Shown piece by piece: positions 50,005-59,572 of a stretch of DNA of 64,000 nucleotides. The notes beneath the pieces were generated by a model. It searched no databases and was not told the DNA's origin. It was given only the letters and a program-made list of their open reading frames with translations. Location: positions 4,477 to 68,476 of the forward strand of contig JBIKWF010000006.1 of NCBI GenBank assembly GCA_044356455.1, written 5' to 3'. This stretch comes from Bdellovibrionota bacterium (GTDB lineage: Bacteria > Bdellovibrionota_C > UBA2361 > JBGSMV01). Each line of letters begins with the position of its first letter. Positions within the stretch are counted from its first letter, which is position 1. A program made the position numbers and the translations under genes.

Positions 50005-51438
50005 ATGTTTTCTGTGCCATGCCAGAAAGCACGTATGCCTACGAAAAAAAATCTCTCCTTCCTAAGTCGATTGCTTTTTGGATTCTCGCTCCCCGTGAAT
50101 CAAGGCACCTACGTGGTAAGTGGATTCGCTCTCATGGCCCTCAAATTTAGCGTGGAATGGCTAGTCGCGAATCTCTACTTCTCTAAGCCCTTTCCGCTTC
50201 AGGCATTTTTATTGCCGGCATTCTCAGTAAAGGAACACTATCTCGGTGCCGCTTCAACCTCTTTTCTCTTCTTTCAGATTCTCTGGAGCCTGCCCTTCAT
50301 GTGGATTGGGGTCAGCATGTCTGTCCGGAGAGCGGTAGACGCCGGGCAATCAGCACTAGGGGGACTGCTTTTTCTCTGCCCAGGATTAAATTACCTAATA
50401 ATCCTTCTCTACTCGCTTTTGCCCTCCTCGTCGTCAGAGCTCTCCCAGGGCTATCAGCATACAGGAAGAACAAATGTGGAGCTCTCACCTCATGGAAAAG
50501 CGAGATTACTGGCGATGCTCACCGCAATTGTCGCGGGTGGGATCATCTGCCTCCCCGTCGTGTTTCTCAGCACCAGCCCCCAATCTGCCTACTCAAGCGC
50601 TCTCTTTCTTGGACTACCGACCATTATGGGAAGCGTTGCGTCTTGGATGTGGAACCGGGACTACAAGCGCAGTATGGGAAGCTCGACCTCTGTAGCGGTG
50701 AGCGCGGTGCTTCTTGGCAGTGCCTTCGTCTTGCTCTTCGCCATCGAAGGATTGTTATGCATGATCATGGCTGCGCCTTTTGCGGCTATAGGCGCCGTGC
50801 TCGGAGCACCACTTGGACGTTACCTTGCCCAGACGATGCGCTCCCGAGATGGCGTCGCGATAAGGTGTTGCGGAGTCGTGGCGCTCCTTCTCGTTGCAAG
50901 CCCGCTTGAGAAACAGCTCGCCGAGTCTACGGCTCTCCGAGAAGTTACTACTGAGATAGTAGTATCTGCCCCGCCCTCTGCGGTTTGGAAGCACGTGGTG
51001 GAATTTTCCGAAATTGCGCCGCCTACGCAACTTCTATTTCGAAGTGGCATTGCCTACCCGATTCGCGCGCGCATTGATGGTACTGGTGTTGGAGCAATTC
51101 GCCATTGTGAGTTTTCGACCGGCGCATTTGTGGAGCCCATTACGGTTTGGGAGCCCCCTTACAAACTTGGATTTTCTGTGACCTCTCAGCCACCAACCAT
51201 GACTGAGCTATCGCTCTACCGAAACCTTGAGCCCCGGCACCTTCGTGAAACCTTCGTGAGCCATCGAGGCCAGTTTGAATTAATTCCTATCGAGAATGGC
51301 ACGCGTACCCTGCTTAAAGGCACCACGTGGTACAGCTTAGCCATGTCACCACAGGCATACTGGATACTTTGGACAGATTTTTTCATTCATGAGATTCATG
51401 GAAGGGTCCTTGAGCACATCAAGCTCTCAGCCGAATAG
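50005..51438 (+). CDS. Polytopic membrane domain fused to C-terminal SRPBCC (START/Bet v1-like) domain
   Basis: The N-terminal about 300 aa has multiple TM helices. The C-terminal EIVVSAPPSAVWKHVVEF...IRHCEF...ITVWEPPYKLGF resembles Polyketide_cyc2/SRPBCC. Confidence 0.5.
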   Translation: MFSVPCQKARMPTKKNLSFLSRLLFGFSLPVNQGTYVVSGFALMALKFSVEWLVANLYFSKPFPLQAFLLPAFSVKEHYLGAASTSFLFFQILWSLPFMWIGVSMSVRRAVDAGQSALGGLLFLCPGLNYLIILLYSLLPSSSSELSQGYQHTGRTNVELSPHGKARLLAMLTAIVAGGIICLPVVFLSTSPQSAYSSALFLGLPTIMGSVASWMWNRDYKRSMGSSTSVAVSAVLLGSAFVLLFAIEGLLCMIMAAPFAAIGAVLGAPLGRYLAQTMRSRDGVAIRCCGVVALLLVASPLEKQLAESTALREVTTEIVVSAPPSAVWKHVVEFSEIAPPTQLLFRSGIAYPIRARIDGTGVGAIRHCEFSTGAFVEPITVWEPPYKLGFSVTSQPPTMTELSLYRNLEPRHLRETFVSHRGQFELIPIENGTRTLLKGTTWYSLAMSPQAYWILWTDFFIHEIHGRVLEHIKLSAE

Positions 51439-51450
51439 CCTTAAATTCTC

Positions 51451-51873
51451 TCAAAGTAGCAACTTTTCCCGCAAGAACTCCGCCAGCTCTCGCTCCTTGG
51501 GATTAAGATATCCATCTGCTTGGGCGACCTTGAGGATCATATCAAAGAGATGCTCTTTCTGGGCGGTATCAAAATGTCGATTTACCTCCCCGATAAATCG
51601 ATCAAGGTGCTTACCCTCGTGAGCTAAGAAGGCTCCTACCTCTGAGAGTTCCGCGGTCTCTTCGTCAATCGCATGAAACTCGATATCGAGTTCTCTAATA
51701 ATCTCTTCAAATTCGAAGTGATTGATCGCCCCGTCAGCTTCTGCCATCTGATAGAGCAAAACTGCGACGCAAGTTTTTAGGCGCTTATCAGACGGCACTC
51801 CATGAAAATCAACTTCAAGAAACGTTTTGGCCGTCGCTAGATCTCGGTATCGACTATACATAGAAAGCTCCAA
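51451..51873 (-). CDS. TerB-like (tellurite-resistance TerB/DjlA N-terminal family) protein
   Basis: CVAVLLYQMAEADGAINHFEFEEIIREL...ILKVAQADGYLNPKEREL. Confidence 0.5.
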   Translation of the reverse strand: MELSMYSRYRDLATAKTFLEVDFHGVPSDKRLKTCVAVLLYQMAEADGAINHFEFEEIIRELDIEFHAIDEETAELSEVGAFLAHEGKHLDRFIGEVNRHFDTAQKEHLFDMILKVAQADGYLNPKERELAEFLREKLLL

Positions 51874-52660
51874 TGGACTCGCCCACCCGTACTACCGAAG
51901 ATGCGGTTACGCACAGCGCTAATTGTAGCGCTGCAAATTGGAAACCTATAGCAATTTCTAAGAGCCCTACGGGTCGGTATTCAGATCTTATAGTTGAACT
52001 TACCGTTCTTGATTGATTGTACCTCTGCTACCGAGAGAAAGTATCAAACGACTTGCGACAAGTGCGAGAGAGGTCCTTATGGTGCTCGAATAAGCACGCA
52101 AGGGAAAATGTATTAGGGCCTGATGAGGAACGTTAGCTTACGCCTCAAGCTTAGTGAGCTCCCCGCGAATGAAAGGAGCTAGAGTCCCGTAGAGCAAATT
52201 CACTACGCACTCCTTCCAAGATAAGAATTCAGACTATGAAGTACCCGATAGCTCTGCCAGGCGAGCCACGACGAAGAATGACGACGTGCTAGCCCTCTAG
52301 GCAGGGTGTGGGTCGCCTCACCTCAGGGGAGAAGACACGAGGCATCGGCAGGTCCAAAAGGATCTCTGAGCCATACCGAGAGGCTCCAAACTGTACTCAG
52401 CTAAACAAATCGAGCCTCCCACCGACTTAGACACTGGGCACAGGCAAAGCCAGCAAAAAAACAAACACCGTACCAAACCTACCCTCCTGCTATTTTCCTC
52501 TCACCCAAATAGAGCTACCGTTCATGCGCACTCACTGCAATCTAGGAGTCTGCCCATTATCACCAACGCAAATTTTGGTGGAGATTACCTTGGGGCAGAT
52601 ATCTAACGCCCATCCTGCACCTTGGTGTGGCGGGCAGCAGCGAATGTATAGCTAAGAGCG

Positions 52661-53464
52661 ATGACCGAGGAGACACTCATGAGCAAAACCAATTCCCGCA
52701 TTCTGAAGCATCAAGCTCCAGCCTGCGAGGACGCGGGACAAGTTAAACTTGGGCGACGTGAGTTTATTGGTTCCTCCGCAGCACTCATAGCACTCGCAAC
52801 AACTTTATCACCTTTTAATGAGGCAACTATTTGTATGGCAAACGCAGCACCTTTTACTCTTCCAGCTCTTCCCTACGCACCAGAAGCACTGGAGCCAACA
52901 ATTGATACAGAGACCATGAAAATTCATCATGGCAAACACCACCAGGCGTATGTTGATAAGCTAAACGAACAAGCCGCTAAACTCCCCGAGCTCGGCGATA
53001 TGCCCCTTGAGCGTATGATGGCTCAAATTTCTAAGTATCCCGCTCCCGTGCGTAATAATGGTGGCGGCCATTTCAACCACTCCCTTTTTTGGAATCTGAT
53101 GGCACCCGCAGGGAAAGGGGGCGCCCCTTCTAAGGCCCTCAGCGACAAGATTACGAGTGATCTAGGCGGCGTTGATGCGATGAAAGAAGCGCTAAACAAT
53201 GCAGCCATCGCGCGGTTTGGATCGGGCTGGGGCTGGCTCATCGTTACCGCTGACAAGAAGCTTGCAATCACGTCAACTCCGAATCAAGACAATCCCCTTA
53301 TGGACGTAGCTGAGACAAAGGGTACGCCTATTATCGGAATCGATGTATGGGAACACGCCTACTACCTCAAATACCAGAACAAGCGCGCGGACTACCTAAA
53401 GAGTTGGTGGGCGGTCGCGAATTGGAACGAGATTAATCAGCGTTTCGAGCAAGCATCAAAGTAA
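52661..53464 (+). CDS. sod: Fe/Mn superoxide dismutase with N-terminal twin-arginine signal
   Basis: LGRREFIGSSAALIALATT, then the SOD core HHGKHHQAYV...DVWEHAYY. Confidence 0.85.
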   Translation: MTEETLMSKTNSRILKHQAPACEDAGQVKLGRREFIGSSAALIALATTLSPFNEATICMANAAPFTLPALPYAPEALEPTIDTETMKIHHGKHHQAYVDKLNEQAAKLPELGDMPLERMMAQISKYPAPVRNNGGGHFNHSLFWNLMAPAGKGGAPSKALSDKITSDLGGVDAMKEALNNAAIARFGSGWGWLIVTADKKLAITSTPNQDNPLMDVAETKGTPIIGIDVWEHAYYLKYQNKRADYLKSWWAVANWNEINQRFEQASK

Positions 53465-53490
53465 TATTAGTTGGTTTTGTTCAAGAGAGA

Positions 53491-53532
53491 GGGGCTGCAA
53501 CAGGAGGCTGTTGCAGCCCCTCGTTTTGTTTT
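53491..53532. terminator. Intrinsic terminator after sod
   Basis: ggggctgcaacaggaggctgttgcagcccc followed by tcgttttgtttt. Confidence 0.65.
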
Positions 53533-53589
53533 GAAGTAGCGCTCTTCACGTTAAGGAAGAGAGAAAGGTACGCGGGGTCGAAAGATCAC

Positions 53590-53700
53590 ACGGCGCTTTG
53601 AGGACGGCGCGCCCCACCGAGTGGTGTGGCATCTCGGTAGGGCGCCGCGTCCTCGCGGTGCCGCAAGATCTCTCGCCCCGGCACGTGACAGGTATTTTTT
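53590..53700. repeat. GC-rich palindrome family-2 copy
   Basis: ...gaggacggcgcgcc...ggtagggcgccgcgtcctcgcggtgccgc... Confidence 0.4.
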
Positions 53701-53770
53701 CCACCTCGCTGATTGCCTAATCGCGACTCCATCATAGACGCCCCGTGAAATTTGATTCGGCACACCCTAC

Positions 53771-53906
53771 CTAGGGAATCTCTGAACAAGTCCGCTCAGT
53801 GAGCTCTGTGTCCTCTGTGGTTGATTTAAATTGTTGAAAAACCACAGAGGACACAGAGCTCACTGAGAGAAAAAATAAAATAGCGATGTTTTTAGAGGTT
53901 ACCTAG
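53771..53906. repeat. MITE-like element copy 7
   Basis: ctagggaatctctgaacaag...gtcctctgtggttgatttaaattgttgaaaaaccacagaggac...tttttagaggttacctag. Confidence 0.7.
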
Positions 53907-53907
53907 A

Positions 53908-54837
53908 CTAATCCTCTCCTTCCGACAGCAAATCAGCACCCAAAGCCGCATAAGCAATTACCAAAAGGTCTGCCACCAGAAGGTGCAAAAGCTTGATCAG
54001 CACGGGCCCGCCGACCAAAAGAGTTATGAGGCCAAGAGCCAGCTGCCCAAACACAATATTACGCACTAACCGCGCCCGCCGGGCGAGCGACGCGCCCGCA
54101 TAGTTACTCATAACGAGATTTGTAAGCCAATAAAGATATGACGCGGCAATGAGGGATAGCATGGGGTGAAAAATGCGCAGCCTAATGAGAAGTGGCGACT
54201 CACGCGAGAAATCTGCCTCAAGACCCGCAAGAAGCGACTCCGTAGGATGGAGCATATTCGCCAAGGCGGCGACGACCCCTAGCATTCCAGATACCGCAAG
54301 AAGGACAAATCCCAACGCAAGCAACCCCCTCCACGCTCCGACTCGAGACAAGGAAAGATTTCGCTCGCGCGCAGCAAAAAAAACGGTGCACGCTTGCGCA
54401 GAGAGTAGCAGGAACGTATTGACCAAATGCGCGCCTAGAGAAACCACGCGGGCATAAGAGGTGCTCTGGTCTACCCAGCCGTAGAGGACAAGAATCGCCC
54501 CTAAAAGCGCCTCCGTGATCATCAAAACGAACGCGGCAAACGCGCAACTCCTCGCCAGATGACCTGGAGCGAATATTCTCCTTGCAAAAAATACGACCAA
54601 CGCTGACAGAAGAAAGACGACGCCTGACGTTAAGCGGTGGAGAAACTCAATAACAATCTCCATTCCGACGAACTGAGGAACGAGAACTCCCTTACATAAG
54701 GGCCAACTCTCTCCGCAGCCATCTCCCGAACCGCTAAGCCGAGTAAACGCGCCCCAAAGCACGACCAGCACAGTGAGACGCACGGTCCAGACTGCAAGTG
54801 AAACAAACTGTGTCTTTGAAAGAGAGGGCTTATTCAC
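53908..54837 (-). CDS. ctaA: Haem A synthase CtaA/COX15 family
   Basis: LVVLWGAFTRLSGSGDGCGESWPLCKG matches the CtaA N-terminal Cys-pair signature. Eight TM helices. Confidence 0.7.
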   Translation of the reverse strand: MNKPSLSKTQFVSLAVWTVRLTVLVVLWGAFTRLSGSGDGCGESWPLCKGVLVPQFVGMEIVIEFLHRLTSGVVFLLSALVVFFARRIFAPGHLARSCAFAAFVLMITEALLGAILVLYGWVDQSTSYARVVSLGAHLVNTFLLLSAQACTVFFAARERNLSLSRVGAWRGLLALGFVLLAVSGMLGVVAALANMLHPTESLLAGLEADFSRESPLLIRLRIFHPMLSLIAASYLYWLTNLVMSNYAGASLARRARLVRNIVFGQLALGLITLLVGGPVLIKLLHLLVADLLVIAYAALGADLLSEGED

Positions 54838-54850
54838 CAGAGAAGTGTAG

Positions 54851-55001
54851 CCCTAAGCGTGGTTTAGAATCCAGATCTCACGCTCCTGGGCACCGCCTAT
54901 GAAACTCACTTCTGTGCGCCTCAGAGTCCTCCGAGGTGAATTTCTTCATGAAAATTTCACCTCGGAGAACACGGAGGTCAGTTTTTCAGAGTCTCCTTAG
55001 G
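54851..55001. repeat. MITE-like element copy 8 (degenerate)
   Basis: ...cctccgaggtgaatttcttcatgaaaatttcacctcggagaacacggagg...tttttcagagtctccttagg. Confidence 0.6.
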
Positions 55002-55821
55002 AAGCCTTGCTCTCCTCTAGAGAGCTTACCAAGGATCCTGTGGGGTAGGCGCCTGGCTTTTCAGTAGGCTTCTCAACGGCCCCCTCATTCCCCTGTTGGC
55101 TCGAACGCTTGAAGGCTTCGTTCAATAATTTCAAATCACTCTCATCCACTATCCCGTTCTTATCGAGATCTCCGGCGCTATCATCTGTTCCAAACTTACC
55201 AAGCAGAATCGCTAAATCAGCTCCATCAACGCCCGAGTTGCCGTCGAGATCTCCAAAGGTCCCCTTCTTCTCTTCGGGAACTCCAGGAGCATTCTTCTCT
55301 GTTGAACGTTTAAAGGCTTCGTTTAGAAGCTTCAGATCGCTCTCGTCTACCTTTCCGTTCTTATCAAGATCGCCTGCGCTATCTTCGGTTCCGAATTTCC
55401 CCAGAAGAATTCCAAGGTCGGCGCCATCAACTGTTGAATTTCCGTCCAAGTCTCCGAAGACCCCCTCTCTCTCTTTTGTGACTTCTGGCTTGCTGGAATT
55501 GCCACCGCTCACTCCAAGAGTAGGATCTTGCTCGCTTACAAGTCGCCTGCGGCGGTCATAGGTAGGTTTCGCTTCTTCGCTAAGGCGAATTCTTACAGGG
55601 TCTGATTTGGTTTCAGCTTCTGACCCAATCTTTGACTCGAGCCGCTTTGAAATACCCTCCGAAGTGAGCTTTGCCTCGGTAGTACGCTCTCGCAGACGCG
55701 CAAATGGTGAATTGCTGAGTTCTATTTTCATTCGGGTTCCCTCCCAAAGTAGTTTATTCCGTGAGATAGCCTCCGGTGGGCGACGGCGGCAGCGCTCCTT
55801 GCAAATGTGGTAACGACACAT
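54997..55821 (-). CDS. Protein with two tandem dockerin-type-I-like Ca-binding repeat modules
   Basis: GDLDGNS(T/G)VDGADL(G/A)ILLGKFGT(E/D)DSAGDLDKNG(K/I)VDESDLKLLNEAFKRS occurs twice, about 73 aa per unit. Confidence 0.5.
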   Translation of the reverse strand: MCRYHICKERCRRRPPEAISRNKLLWEGTRMKIELSNSPFARLRERTTEAKLTSEGISKRLESKIGSEAETKSDPVRIRLSEEAKPTYDRRRRLVSEQDPTLGVSGGNSSKPEVTKEREGVFGDLDGNSTVDGADLGILLGKFGTEDSAGDLDKNGKVDESDLKLLNEAFKRSTEKNAPGVPEEKKGTFGDLDGNSGVDGADLAILLGKFGTDDSAGDLDKNGIVDESDLKLLNEAFKRSSQQGNEGAVEKPTEKPGAYPTGSLVSSLEESKAS

Positions 55822-55908
55822 TTTAGATGACCTTGAGACCTCTTTGGGCTCACCAAAGCAAGTGACTCAATTTACTGACCTTTTTTATTGAGAGGACGGG
55901 TGGGGATT

Positions 55909-57819
55909 TTAGGCAAAGCAGCCCCTAATGCGCGGGGATAAGGTAATGGTCACATCAACGCTGAGATGTCTTATGTAGAGATTCGCGACTAAGTTCCCAT
56001 CGACTTCCTGTGAGGAAACTGGGAGATTTTCAAAGATAGGGGGCAATTTCTCAGGCAGATCACCCCGCCTTCGGATTGCCGAAAGGAGGCGATCAGCGAA
56101 CTTCATTCTTTCCGCTTTTTCGGCAGGTGACGGACCCTCTTCTTCCAACTCAGGCCACTCAATATTTATCTCCATACGATCGGGATACAAAATTTCCGAT
56201 TCAATAAGACCCGCGTTGGTGATGGTTGGGTCTTCTACTTCAAAATCAGGACTAGTATCGTACTCTTCCAAGGGATCTATCGGCTCATCGGAAGTTGGTT
56301 TGCCCTCATCGACTAAGGATTCCTCTTCTCCACTAAGGTCGGGGAAATCTGCGGCAACACCATAAAGTCTTAGAATCGGCCCGCCTCCACCTTTGGGAAG
56401 AATCTCAAGGTAGCGACTCAACTGCGCTTCCTGACCTGCATTTGAGACAAGAGTGGTTCCATGTTCAATCTTCCTCGAACCCTTAGCGCCAAGCACAAGC
56501 AGCGCTTCCTCGGAAAGCTCATCTCCCCGCAGAAGAAATCCGGCGATGTTAAGGCTGATTTTCTCGCTCTCTGAGACTCCAAAAACTGAGAGCGTCTTTT
56601 CAATATGCCTTGCGCGGGCGGCCTGGACTCTAAGGCCTAGAAGCTCAGCACTATCACGTCTCAAGTATTCTGATTCTCGCTCAGCCTTAATTCTCATCAG
56701 CAGATCATAATCTGCTTGAAGGGCATCAAGCGTCGTCTTAGGACCAACCGGGATCAGTAAGTCAGAGATTTCAATGAACGCCAGTTCTATTCCACTGTCA
56801 GGAGCATCAAAAACCTGCCTCGCCTCCTGAAGGAGTCCTTCGAGTTCTTCCCGCGTCCTGCCCTCAAGATCGAGGCTGGCGACCTCACAATGTCCGAATA
56901 GCTTCTTAAGAATGCTGATACGGTTGGATTCCAGCTCCTCAATCGAGCGAGTAATACAATACGAGAGCAGATCTGGCCGAGCGGCAAGGTGCTCATCGTA
57001 TAGATTAGATAAGGCACTCGGTTTTTCTGGCCCAAGATGAACCCAGATCTTGCCCTCAAGCAGCTCTATCCTGCTTCCCTGAGAGATTCCCTTTCGAGGC
57101 ACCTCGAGATCTAAATGTAGATCCTCTTGCGCCTCAAAGAGCACCTCAGTTACCGCGCCCAGTTCTTCCCACCTGTCAGGCTCAGATTTCAAGTGACGGG
57201 CAAGCTCCTCCTCCCAGACCAGTCTCACCTCGAAAAGATTTTCACTGTCTCCAATCGAGCACAAGATTCGCAGAGGAACAGAACTCGAATTAGCTCCAAA
57301 TCTAAATCCCTGACGAGTAATGAGTAAGTCTCTCCCGGAAGTAACGACCGCTGAAGCGCAGTACGCGGAAAGACTGATATCGGGCGCACATGGGTAGCTA
57401 AGCAGCACCTCGACTGGGTCGAGGGCTTCGCGCTTTTGGAGTTCCGAAAGAGTCCCATCAATAAGATTTCTCAGCTGCTCTGCATGCTCATCACTCAACT
57501 CGCCATGCTCCTGGGTCCCATACTGCAGGGCAGCATAAATTATGTTGATTGCCTCAATCTGGCTGCATGCCTCGAAGAGAACCTCATGCAAGGCAAAAGA
57601 GGCAGGTGAAAGCGCGAGGTTGGGATCCAGCTTATTCTGGCGTGGGGCCTGCCCATTCCTTGGAAGCGAAGTCCCGGAATCAGCGGAGGAGCGGCTCTCA
57701 GGTGCGGAACCATCTTTTGACGCAGGAGTATCCCTAGGAGAAGGCTCCGACGATTCTTCTGGATTCACTACAACCACCAGATCCAAGACGACAAATGGGA
57801 GGAGAATCCCTACCGCCAC
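55909..57819 (-). CDS. Large hypothetical protein (636 aa) with N-terminal hydrophobic segment
   Basis: Long clean ORF. No motif recognised. Confidence 0.5.
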   Translation of the reverse strand: MAVGILLPFVVLDLVVVVNPEESSEPSPRDTPASKDGSAPESRSSADSGTSLPRNGQAPRQNKLDPNLALSPASFALHEVLFEACSQIEAINIIYAALQYGTQEHGELSDEHAEQLRNLIDGTLSELQKREALDPVEVLLSYPCAPDISLSAYCASAVVTSGRDLLITRQGFRFGANSSSVPLRILCSIGDSENLFEVRLVWEEELARHLKSEPDRWEELGAVTEVLFEAQEDLHLDLEVPRKGISQGSRIELLEGKIWVHLGPEKPSALSNLYDEHLAARPDLLSYCITRSIEELESNRISILKKLFGHCEVASLDLEGRTREELEGLLQEARQVFDAPDSGIELAFIEISDLLIPVGPKTTLDALQADYDLLMRIKAERESEYLRRDSAELLGLRVQAARARHIEKTLSVFGVSESEKISLNIAGFLLRGDELSEEALLVLGAKGSRKIEHGTTLVSNAGQEAQLSRYLEILPKGGGGPILRLYGVAADFPDLSGEEESLVDEGKPTSDEPIDPLEEYDTSPDFEVEDPTITNAGLIESEILYPDRMEINIEWPELEEEGPSPAEKAERMKFADRLLSAIRRRGDLPEKLPPIFENLPVSSQEVDGNLVANLYIRHLSVDVTITLSPRIRGCFA

Positions 57820-57968
57820 GCGGCATATTAGTCAAAGAATTATGAAGAATCTGTAGCGAGGAGACTTTTAGAAAAGCCCCTGCCCCCACCTGAATTCAGG
57901 CCCCGCCCCAGGCTGGAACATGTGCGGTTTGCTACGGCCCCCTCTTTTGTGCATAATTCCAATGATCT

Positions 57969-58469
57969 ATGGAAGCGCGCGTTAGGTCAATGCAAATAGA
58001 AGATCTCCCGTCAGTGCTAGGAGTTCAATCTTCCTGCTATTTTGAGGTTGAGCCTGAGTCCGAGGCGTCACTCAGGGCGAAACTCCTCGCTTCCCCAACC
58101 ACCTGCTTTATCGCTGAGCATAAGGGAAAAGTAGTCGGATACTTGATTGCAGTCCCCTCACGATTTGAGAGCCCGCCAGAATTTGACGCGCCCTACTACG
58201 ATGTACCCCCTTACCCGAATGCCCTTTATCTTCATGACTTGGCCGTGGCTCCCGAGGGACGCGGCTCGGGTGCGGGAAAGATGCTCGTGACAGAGTTTAT
58301 AAGCCGTTTTCGCGCATCCGAACTCCCCCGCGCCTGTCTGATTGCTATTCAAGACTCAGCCTCGTATTGGGAGCGCTATGGGTTTCATATTGTTATGCCC
58401 TCCGAATCCCCTCAGGCGAAGATTGAAAGCTACGGAAACAATGCCAAGTACATGGAGCTGCTACAATGA
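57969..58469 (+). CDS. GNAT-family N-acetyltransferase
   Basis: LYLHDLAVAPEGRGSGAGKMLV acetyl-CoA binding motif. Confidence 0.7.
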   Translation: MEARVRSMQIEDLPSVLGVQSSCYFEVEPESEASLRAKLLASPTTCFIAEHKGKVVGYLIAVPSRFESPPEFDAPYYDVPPYPNALYLHDLAVAPEGRGSGAGKMLVTEFISRFRASELPRACLIAIQDSASYWERYGFHIVMPSESPQAKIESYGNNAKYMELLQ

Positions 58470-59554
58470 AACTTCTCTGCTCGGTTCTCCTTTCGTTGCT
58501 TCTTCTCACTGCCACCCCTGCCCCAGCCGAGACGCCCCCCGCGAAACAAATGGTCATAGGAGTGCCCACGCTTCTTTCAGGCGACTGGGCTGAACTTGGT
58601 GGAAATATTGAAAAGACTATACGAACGTACCAGAAGCACTATCTGCGGCATCCGGTAGAGTTTACGTTCGAAGACGCAAAAATATCTGGGATTGATGGGC
58701 TCAAGGCCTATCAAAATTTGATAAATGTCAAACATGTTGATCTGCTCATTGGGGCGACTTCTTCTAATGGTACGATGGCAGGAGCTCCTCTCATCAACAG
58801 CTCGCGCACGCTTATGATTTCACCCGTTACCGGCGGAAGTAACGTGGATAATGCCGGGGAATGGATCTTTCGGCTGGGAAATAGCGATGTGCTAAACGGG
58901 AAACTCCAGGCAGAAATCTTGAAAAAGCGCGGGCTTAACAAAGTCGCGGTTCTCACAGAAGAAACAGAGTACACACTCGACATTGCCAAAGTATTTGAAG
59001 CTGCGTTTCGTGAGGGAGGTGGGGAGATATCTTACTCCAACACTTTTCAGCCAAGCACCACTGACTTTCGTTCTCAGCTCACGCTTCTACTAAGGTCCAA
59101 ACCTGCTGCCATCTTCATTCCCACTCAGACGGGAAGTGCGCTTGCGCTTATTCTCAATCAGCTCTCACAACTGGGCACCTTTGATGGAGAGATTCACACC
59201 ACCTTCACTGCGGCAGACAACCCTGACGCGAATGCCCTCGCGCGAGGAAAGTTCAAAGGACTCCATTATCTTGCGCCCGCATACGCCAAAGATCATCCGC
59301 GACTTAAAGAATTCCTTGAGTTCTATAGAAGTGAGCACAAACGGGAACCTCTTATTTTGTTTCACAGCGCCGCCGTGATTGATGCCCTAGACATTCTTCA
59401 AGCCTTTCTCGATAAGGCCGGTCACTATAATTCCGACAAATTTCGCACCCACCTCCTTACGAGCGTGAAGAATTATTCTGGGCTCCTTGGCCATTTCTCA
59501 TTCGACGAAGCGGGGAATGCAAACACGAGCTTTGTGCCCGCTCGAATTGAGTAG
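58466..59554 (+). CDS. Periplasmic substrate-binding protein, LivK/type-1 PBP-like (branched-chain amino acid ABC family)
   Basis: Signal peptide LLLLTATPAPA. GVPTLLSGDWAELGGNIEK. ATGA overlap with the GNAT stop. Confidence 0.7.
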   Translation: MKLLCSVLLSLLLLTATPAPAETPPAKQMVIGVPTLLSGDWAELGGNIEKTIRTYQKHYLRHPVEFTFEDAKISGIDGLKAYQNLINVKHVDLLIGATSSNGTMAGAPLINSSRTLMISPVTGGSNVDNAGEWIFRLGNSDVLNGKLQAEILKKRGLNKVAVLTEETEYTLDIAKVFEAAFREGGGEISYSNTFQPSTTDFRSQLTLLLRSKPAAIFIPTQTGSALALILNQLSQLGTFDGEIHTTFTAADNPDANALARGKFKGLHYLAPAYAKDHPRLKEFLEFYRSEHKREPLILFHSAAVIDALDILQAFLDKAGHYNSDKFRTHLLTSVKNYSGLLGHFSFDEAGNANTSFVPARIE

Positions 59555-59572
59555 CGTTTACGTGGGGGCACT

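Noticed and set aside
52230-52300. tmRNA-like tag reading frame (…ATTKNDDVLAL*)
   Set aside because: No tRNA-like acceptor/T-arm (GGTTCGA.TCC...CCA) on either strand nearby. The tag ends in LAL, not the usual LAA.
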